A stretch of DNA of 59,125 nucleotides from the NCBI GenBank assembly GCA_964499705.1, contig CAZCME010000026.1, forward strand, positions 1 through 59,125, given 5' to 3'. A program made the translations under genes and the position numbers. Positions 56,201 through 59,125 of the stretch are shown in pieces. The notes beneath the pieces are model-generated. The model ran no database searches and was not told the DNA's origin. It worked only from the letters and a program-made list of their open reading frames with translations. The stretch comes from an uncultured bacterium (GTDB lineage: Bacteria; UBA8481). Within the stretch, counting starts at the first letter, position 1; each line of letters begins with the position of its first letter.

Positions 56201-59125
56201 GAAAGCGAGAACTTGATCCGACTGCCGCCGTACGATCTCCCTCGCGGATCCTGCGTCGCAATGTTGAGCCAGTCGGCGTCCGCGTTGTTGTCGTTGTAGT
56301 GTCCCGCATTCCGCAGCTCCGAGTCAGTCCGCATCTGGGCGCCCGTGTTCGCGTTCTGCGTCGTCGTCCGCGTAATCGCTTCGTTGTTGGCATCGAGCCA
56401 GGCCTTGGCAAGGTTGACGCCATCAACGCCGGGCGCTCCGGCGGCGGGAGTCTGGCCCAGTCCGACGCCGTCGATCACGTCTGTGTCGCCGGACGGAGGC
56501 GTGTCGATCGTGAGCGTATTCCGCAGAAGAGCAAACGCATTGGCGGCGCCTGCGGTGAAGGCGATGAGACCCGTGGAATCGGCGCCCGCCGCGGCCCAGC
56601 TCGCGAAGAGGTAGTAGCCGAAGGCCGGAATCGTGTCGTTGGTGGTAAAAATATATTTATTGAGCGTCGTGGAGGTGGCGCCGGGCGTCACGTTTACCGA
56701 CCACTTCTGGAGGCTCGCACCCTTCAATCTGACCGTCGTGTCGGTAGGATTGTGCAGCATGACGTAGTCGTTGCCGGCCGTCCCGCCGTTGCCGTTCCCG
56801 ACCTCGGCGATGACGAGGTTCCGCAAGCCCGACGCGCTATCGAAGATGATCTGGAAGTATGCCGCGTTGGAGTCCGTGAATGTGCCATACGAACTGTTGA
56901 GGTCTTTGACTCGAACGCGCCAGAAGTAGGTAACGCCTCCTTCCAGAAATGGCGCCGTGTCGGGATAATCCGTGTACTGGTTCGTGGTCGACTGCGTTTC
57001 GGCGAAGATCCGGGAGTCGCCCTTCCAGACTTCAAAAGCAAATCCCGTCTGCGCGTCGTTCGGATCCGAATCGCCGAATGTCCAGGAAAACCTGGGGATG
57101 TTGTCGGAGATCGAGAAGGAATTGCTCTTGCTGTCGACCAGGACGTTAGCGGGAATGGCCGGCGCCGAATTGATCCGAAAGGCGAAGTCCGACCCCATTG
57201 ACCACGGACCCCAGCCGAAGTCATCCCGCGTCCGCACTCTCCAGTAAAAGGTGTCTCCCGTACCGATCCCGGCGAGAGCCTCCCAAGTCGTCGCGTTCGA
57301 ATCGGTGTTATGGGAGAATTTCTCCTGGCTGACGGAGGAAAAGTCGGAGTTGTTGTCGATCTGCACATGCCACGCGGGATTTTTGGCGGAAAGAGTGCCG
57401 TCCGTGTCGGTGATGGTCCACGAAAAGATCGGCGTGGCATCGTTCAGGATCGCGCCGTCGCCGTAGACCGTCGTGTCGCCCGTCTGCGTGATGCCGAGGT
57501 CGGTGGGCGTGTCCGGCGTCGTGTTGATGCGGCCGTCGGCGTTGATGTCGATGTCGATGAACCAGTCGATATCGGAGTCGGTGACCTCCGCGGACGTGCT
57601 GGTGTTGGAGAGGACATCAAGCATGGAGGATGTCGCTGCGAATGTGCCGGTCGCGCCTGTGCGGAACGGGCGCATGTAGGCGGGAGTGTCGAACTGATCG
57701 GAGTTGCTGCTGACACCCTGGCCGATGCCGACGGTCATCCGGAGCGTCATCGGAGGACGTTTGCCGCCCAGGAGATCGGCCCAGCGGATGTCGTATTCGA
57801 ACGTGTCATAGTTGGTCGTGTTACGGAAGGAAGTTCCAACCTGCCTCCGGATGTTGCCAATGGCGCGACCGCCCGGCGCCTTCCAGATCGCCGTGCCCGA
57901 CATTCCACCGCCCACCGCGATCGGCGTGATCGCGATCGCGCGTTCCCATTCGCAAACCTGCTCGTCCGAAGACTGCGACGGCCGCTCGATGAAGATCCGC
58001 TGGAACTGCGTGTCTTCGTAGACATTGTTCGAAATATCATCCGGCACGCCATGCCAATGGCCATCGTTGTCGTTCGGCCCGTAGGATGTGACTGCGACAT
58101 AGAGATCGCCATTCCGGACGCCGGTGTCGCGAAAGAACTCGTCCAGATCGATCGTGGCTTCAATGGCAGGATCTTCCGCCCCTGATGCGGCAACGATCTG
58201 CGATCGATTATCCATGTCCGTGTCGCCGTTGGCGCCCAGCGTGCCCCTGACTTCGAAACTCGGACTGCCGGAACCTATAGTCGAACCGCCACCGCTCCAA
58301 TCCCGGTAACGCCCCTCGACATAGTCGTTTCCAGCGTTGCCATCGCGTCCGATGAAGATATCGTGATCCATGATCGTGCCGGCCTTCTGCCAGATGCCCG
58401 CATACCAACCGCGGTTCACTGTTGAAGTCTCGTCGGCAATGAAAATGTAGTTGTCGCCGTTTCCAGTATTGAAGGGATTGGATGCGATGTAGAGCTCATT
58501 CGTGACAGGACTGTAGTCCCACTTGAGCTGATTCGGACCATCGGCTTCCGATGTCTCGTTGCGGCGAGTCGCCGTCATGCTCGGATCTTCGTTTGTCGAA
58601 GCCACGCTGTCCGGACCGTCCAGGGCGCCGTCGCCGATGGCCCAGCGGTTCGGAAGCATGGCGTTGGCGGAGCCGCCGGTGATATCCATCTGGTGCCGCT
58701 CCCCGCGCGCGTCGGCCGTGTTCGAACCGAGATGGCGCGTGCCGGTAGCGGCGTCGCCCGGCAGCCACCAGTTTCCGAAATCCTGGACCGAGGTCGCCAC
58801 GCCCGGTCCCTGCTTTGTCACGGACGAGGACGTGTCGCGCGAGACATCCGTGTCGATCGCGACAAGCACAAACGGGTTCGCTGTTGCGGATCCGTCCTTG
58901 AAGGAAACCAGCATGCGGAAGGAATCGGACGATGCGGCGATCCGGAATTCCGTCATGTCGAAGTTGTCCGCCGTCAAGCCCGGGTTGTCGATCTCGCCCT
59001 CGGGACGCACGTCACCGGTTCCGTCCTTCCAGACGAAGGCGCCGTTGACGACCCGCGATTCGTTGCTGCTCATCCCCGTCGACAATCCCGGGAAATCGAC
59101 GTCGTCGCCGTCGGTGGCGAACGTG
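44248..59125 (-). CDS. Giant surface protein C (>4958 aa, 5'-partial): DOMON/glucodextranase-like region, FN3/Ig, three lamin-tail domains, three parallel beta-helix + FN3 modules, two CIA30/CBM-like domains, C-terminal incomplete DUF11 domain
   Basis: ORF track 44248..59085; the frame stays open to the window edge (TFATDGDDVDFPGL...). LTD motifs LVIAEV/LIINEI/VLINEI...(D/E)(Y/W)V.(L/I).N. Three WY(V/I)ND..Y..SDS.TGA.G.DAN.GL.P..PK caps are followed by NosD-like repeats. Ends TITKAL...PGSTLQYSLTFQNAG...VVDTV...VRWRK...IRYRVIVQ*. Confidence 0.92.
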   Translation of the reverse strand, partial: TFATDGDDVDFPGLSTGMSSNESRVVNGAFVWKDGTGDVRPEGEIDNPGLTADNFDMTEFRIAASSDSFRMLVSFKDGSATANPFVLVAIDTDVSRDTSSSVTKQGPGVATSVQDFGNWWLPGDAATGTRHLGSNTADARGERHQMDITGGSANAMLPNRWAIGDGALDGPDSVASTNEDPSMTATRRNETSEADGPNQLKWDYSPVTNELYIASNPFNTGNGDNYIFIADETSTVNRGWYAGIWQKAGTIMDHDIFIGRDGNAGNDYVEGRYRDWSGGGSTIGSGSPSFEVRGTLGANGDTDMDNRSQIVAASGAEDPAIEATIDLDEFFRDTGVRNGDLYVAVTSYGPNDNDGHWHGVPDDISNNVYEDTQFQRIFIERPSQSSDEQVCEWERAIAITPIAVGGGMSGTAIWKAPGGRAIGNIRRQVGTSFRNTTNYDTFEYDIRWADLLGGKRPPMTLRMTVGIGQGVSSNSDQFDTPAYMRPFRTGATGTFAATSSMLDVLSNTSTSAEVTDSDIDWFIDIDINADGRINTTPDTPTDLGITQTGDTTVYGDGAILNDATPIFSWTITDTDGTLSAKNPAWHVQIDNNSDFSSVSQEKFSHNTDSNATTWEALAGIGTGDTFYWRVRTRDDFGWGPWSMGSDFAFRINSAPAIPANVLVDSKSNSFSISDNIPRFSWTFGDSDPNDAQTGFAFEVWKGDSRIFAETQSTTNQYTDYPDTAPFLEGGVTYFWRVRVKDLNSSYGTFTDSNAAYFQIIFDSASGLRNLVIAEVGNGNGGTAGNDYVMLHNPTDTTVRLKGASLQKWSVNVTPGATSTTLNKYIFTTNDTIPAFGYYLFASWAAAGADSTGLIAFTAGAANAFALLRNTLTIDTPPSGDTDVIDGVGLGQTPAAGAPGVDGVNLAKAWLDANNEAITRTTTQNANTGAQMRTDSELRNAGHYNDNNADADWLNIATQDPRGRSYGGSRIKFSLSCLSGTYVETGVPFSLHITAQDTFGRKVSDTAAASMTGFARLRISQGTINPTTTADTFNTYSTTDTRNGMVMESVTITGFTGACTVTADTTYGTETTAPGPINGILALTVQTAVPPTAAVITAPAAGAWVFNAVGCTWTASTDSTPPVRYRVQVTRVDSLFNNIVVDTYTYNTWLTIGNLSEESHWVRIVSYDPGLNSETSTKIEFRAQRVVDHFDVYETDPVLLVQSRTVKRGTAFNLRVIARDLDGNTVTSFRDTVTLSVAKGTISPTTIPFLSAWNGDTTCSVTISGGGAVGADTITADSSGFTGTVVVYPLLDNRLIINEILPVDVVNPSSADRDEWVEIYNRSTGTVSTAGWFITDYSTGDTFLPTVSIPSGKHLVVHYGESGAHETVFTDTDNAAHVFPFASFGNRLGQAGSMGLYASTTLDSSTIVSFLMWKNTATTNTSDDSDAVGAQIWNDNENYDHNATNATALQGRSIFRGYNGRDTTFSNLDWAAAPATETNTYTEGFDNGLIDTNLTGVTVTLRSSTGSTDTVGLGERLIVTVSATGGGNGSQRGVTTVKLRSNTDDTGIVLTLWETANGSRIYNQEIFVALSTETGTKDGHRWLGTSSVDTITAVSWNLTSSAIAVTPGPLHHFDVTAPSKVSNDYQFGVTIIARTINGARKEDYTGTVNFTVAGGSISPTSAVFVASDSGQITATLTLSGAANGLDTLTATEATTGETGRAEFTVGPVPQVLINEIMVNVGTVDWDGAPVSPEENEDEWVELFNRADSPAPLSSWRLGVTGATKMLLSDTIPPRGYMVLYHRTANNGGAYIFDSNSAAINSFTCTSGFMGDLNNGGGRMILMNNGGDTVDDVAFPGTLEDSSYIRAWDGAGVFRNNIKPSPGWTPGPAANQDSNPNMRFRFTGPGDTVEFGESRTLRILAVDARGDTVTNFTAAGVAITATGLPTINISTVAFTNGVCSTTIKFGTDLGVASLRIVYETTTWGTDTTLVTIETAAVANKWYVNDSAYNASDSFTGAIGDDANHGLLPIKPKRSLGAVIPLLSNGDTVYFDAGECTRAAQLDIDDTGVFLIGVDSALSVISFTASANIAISVDTVTIRDLWVKAPNIGVSLSFSDFCSLERVRVTNAANIGILVNGGSDYNTVDRCWIDTPVNHGINVVTGRWNLVQNSHVNKAGAHGILLNSSAETNTILSNHVGYSTFMGIASDNSKFNRIDSNTIDNCGQIGIQIANGSSYSNVRWNFVDSQLQHNLQINGSTNDSIIGNTFRRTQQNGVHLVTAANNQVFQDNLIESSAQDGIRFDISTGNRLERNTFRWNKQRGIYLQGGSTGNVVVANRFESNTMNSVYWEAAATGGIFAKNNIIPNATGADSVNVEPAGMDISRNYWNTTDSAVVRSKITGGAAGSAIYIPYRLGLIDTTAGADTVAPRSPDTCAAVASTQITITWHPVTVDEEGDPFAVQLAGYKLWTAKNPDTSLWYLRATLGAGTLSFVDSGLNSGESYFYKVTAFDTSSPYDNQSFYADTKCSAIAAATVDTLVPNAWYINDAAYDGSDSYTGAVGNDANSGLTPALPKLTLAAVFPFLTSGDTVNIDAGTFSPTDTVRIDTDIVLVQGVDSAKTIINFNDSTQASFNSIYTPCSFVRIQDLWVRDGYRGIHSVAGDTGVVQRVRASNAEVGILLEVASDSWRVENCHVDGNRAGNGWGIMVATSKFATLVGNYSFFNIKGIAVGYFSDTNTVRSNRADSNTQEGFWFSQANQNLAEDNDADTNLWAAYSIITGASSNVFTSNRSTRNTGQGFWIDAGEGNIITGSVIRNPNADGFYVKSEGTILRQNRVDTPAGDGYDLDDASRCILDTNYVYRPTGYGYYVRANSDTNVFRWCGSHGSTGADNYKFEDADSNIVFSCTSAVSNSAAFSFVNTSIRNTVYGCTSTSEGGPSFWLDDLGFGTFNYNRIISPAWRGLAVRTPGNTFMGNVITGATDVGAHFDGAVRSDTNRFVSNTVSNGANIGIQAVSGTGEIFESNTVTGNGDDGIHMLSTVGCTVTANVASGNADVGILLYGATWNILSRNRAETNTTDGILLIDNGGSGSDNNYLSGNLARNHRKSGFKLINSDNNVLVGNQMESSIEACLYVNSGSAGNTIAKNNFPTGAAGDTAVWTDLAGQNALRNWWGSVDTAVFSTRFKGPQAATFVYPPYRLGEVDTTFGSDTVAPRAPDSVTAVSAGQIRVSWSPVTADAEGDPFAVNVTGYRIYQAKSSDTTYWILRGTVSASDTRYTDSSLVENDVYFYRVTAFDNASPFLNEAYYSDSVPSAAAVTISGPNKWYVNDGTYNASDSYTGAVGNDANSGLTPAAPKRTIEAVVADLSAGDTILIDAGAFAPPDTVRITVSPLWIQGVDSSLTVINFFDSSVASFRSLHCSTTSAVYLSDFQVRDGYNGVYVTTADTGSILRVRAQRTGNIGFILEGGSDSWTMDRCHATRSGYAGFYFGGARYATVSNATSETNTSLGYVISAANLNTFLSCVSYSNRAEGFSVIGSDTNTFTSNRSESNATAAYAVTGASKSNVFTSNTTGNGTADQGFYISDAGTSWNVFTSNQVDSAGTDGFLVRANADSNTFRSNLVRYSSNDGFDVDNTRYGIYDTNFVDSCGNRGFSIHNSADTNTFRWCSANRSGQDNFLLVAAHQNTLTNCTAAQSVFASGISLTETSSGNRLGYCTTTGGASAGLWIADSGANTIETIRITSPVWRGVNVRSPNNTFLDLTVTSAGDVGVYVEGNLGATNNTFTNLRVRSSALQGFYLKQATGTRLDSCTSEVNANDGFMLDQTTGCTITSCAARGNSDVGFLFYDGSNVNFVIACSADSSTNDGFLFQNNGATGSDNNVVRGGIARQNRAAGFKALGSSFNRFVQNEADSNAGWGFYLDASSKANVLEKNTIVPSAGAIDTNGLFTDTADVTATRQYWSTTDSAKILQRIGGAQRLTVVYAAWRLGAADTSLSADTVAPRAPDTVAARSYDSTQITVTWKPVTTSEENEAAVSLGGYRVYRSQNRDTTLWVLRGAVGAATLAFTDTGLQNDTVYHYRVAAVDTTAPYENSSFYSDSIAMETPVVTPDVLTITMSGAAASYFYAGTGPIDTGTASPADTVWTNSAETVIVTCTVVASGGAARAVASSIFESGPQTDITTPFVFNFEVSNFRILWGETTWQLALYDTTGTRYDTVYVKLIEDRYGPILTNVNSRRDTTADAPTDTDNDREIWLTWAVADNDSGAGTELVNASTNVADNAINDSALGSTFDSAIGRVGFNRYKVSAKDHVSNWATTPGSDTMEVEMRVLDDFNTVRAKNLWNGDTSKFENGGAAITLENRTDAPLYPKDGGNFLRITGSVPGGSFGGYITVPGGGGADLADSTDFYRAISFGLRSGDGTPGDILRLELPRPGGNQKVDVWKFLSSGGATTSWQEVVIPLAAWTQCDLIFGDSNMAFLYDDPAVYGGTTSPVIDIDHINFMKKIDTCVLEVFNDTAIATTAYGTTATPFSEAANPPFRQETSVHYAGAGSLRMDYSINNSSNRWQGMIFDYPALNVSSAAALEMMVRLETGTSASPDSWGNMDVKVRHAGNGTEWALSLNSYIPNLGPDWRRVRIPLADYTALGFDKTRFNRFLFAVAGAASTCSGAFLIDDIQWVEGDVTDPAAAPATQQPAYGAETGTRPNIRWAATTDINGTVKYYLELATDSDFRMTIWRAHLTNTNETQAPFNLSGRVWWRVAAYDPSGNWTAFGDSSYFVADALKPAKPTGFTAVAAILGETGVRISWNNNTETDLVGYRVYRHGSNDSLAAATLLFNGIIIDTSRIDTSVLPGETYYFFVYAVDSNGNRSDSAGGVAATTFTITKALDSTSFGPYPGSTLQYSLTFQNAGWSPADSVIVVDTVATTTAFRDTVTNIAGWEFQYATIAAPDQSFYSADYTSGVPGVPSSVRYVRWRKLLVTAGEPQAVIRYRVIVQ
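46900..53200 (-). repeat. Three tandem beta-helix + FN3 super-repeats in giant C
   Basis: Modules begin at about 53196, 51583 and 49249 with the same cap motif. Each ends (Y/W)RLG..DT....DTVAPR.PD followed by an FN3 domain. Confidence 0.8.

Noticed and set aside
45019-58768. Plus-strand and off-frame ORFs inside giant C (e.g. 46990..48807)
   Set aside because: Antisense or out-of-frame shadows of giant C.
59083-59085. TTG start assigned to giant C by the ORF track
   Set aside because: The frame is open to the window edge and no signal peptide follows, so the gene is 5'-partial.
1-59125. Taxonomic assignment; rRNA, tRNA, integrase or transposase genes
   Set aside because: No marker genes, RNA genes or recombinases were recognised. 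PorV-like barrels and lipoproteins indicate only a diderm bacterium.

Overview
GC-rich bacterial window (roughly 60-65% GC by eye), almost entirely devoted to secreted and surface proteins. Three giant minus-strand ORFs take up about 42 of 59 kb: A (<1..13258, >4400 aa, absent from the ORF track because it runs off the left edge), B (16236..30203, 4655 aa) and C (44248..>59125, >4950 aa, 5'-partial). Left half: two tandem paralogous cassettes, each a consensus sigma70 promoter with LacI-type operators, a LacI repressor, and a giant malectin + GH144-like + CBM + Ig-stalk protein. Cassette B ends in a T9SS-like sorting domain followed by a PorV-like barrel gene. A truncated toxin/YgiT-finger pair lies between the cassettes. 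Centre: a discoidin/six-hairpin hydrolase, a lipoprotein and a GH99-like enzyme around a third copy of the same operator. Right half: giant C, a discoidin/FN3 protein, a DUF11 protein, an anchor-like protein with a sorting domain, and a second PorV-like barrel. The best candidate for a new system is in the right half. The DUF11 fold appears split between proteins: C-terminal acceptor halves in giant C and the 347-aa protein, and N-terminal donor hairpins in the 347-aa protein and the anchor. This suggests a donor-strand-complemented, possibly isopeptide-linked filament (tip adhesin, shaft pilin, base anchor). All domain calls come from motif recognition by eye; no searches were run.
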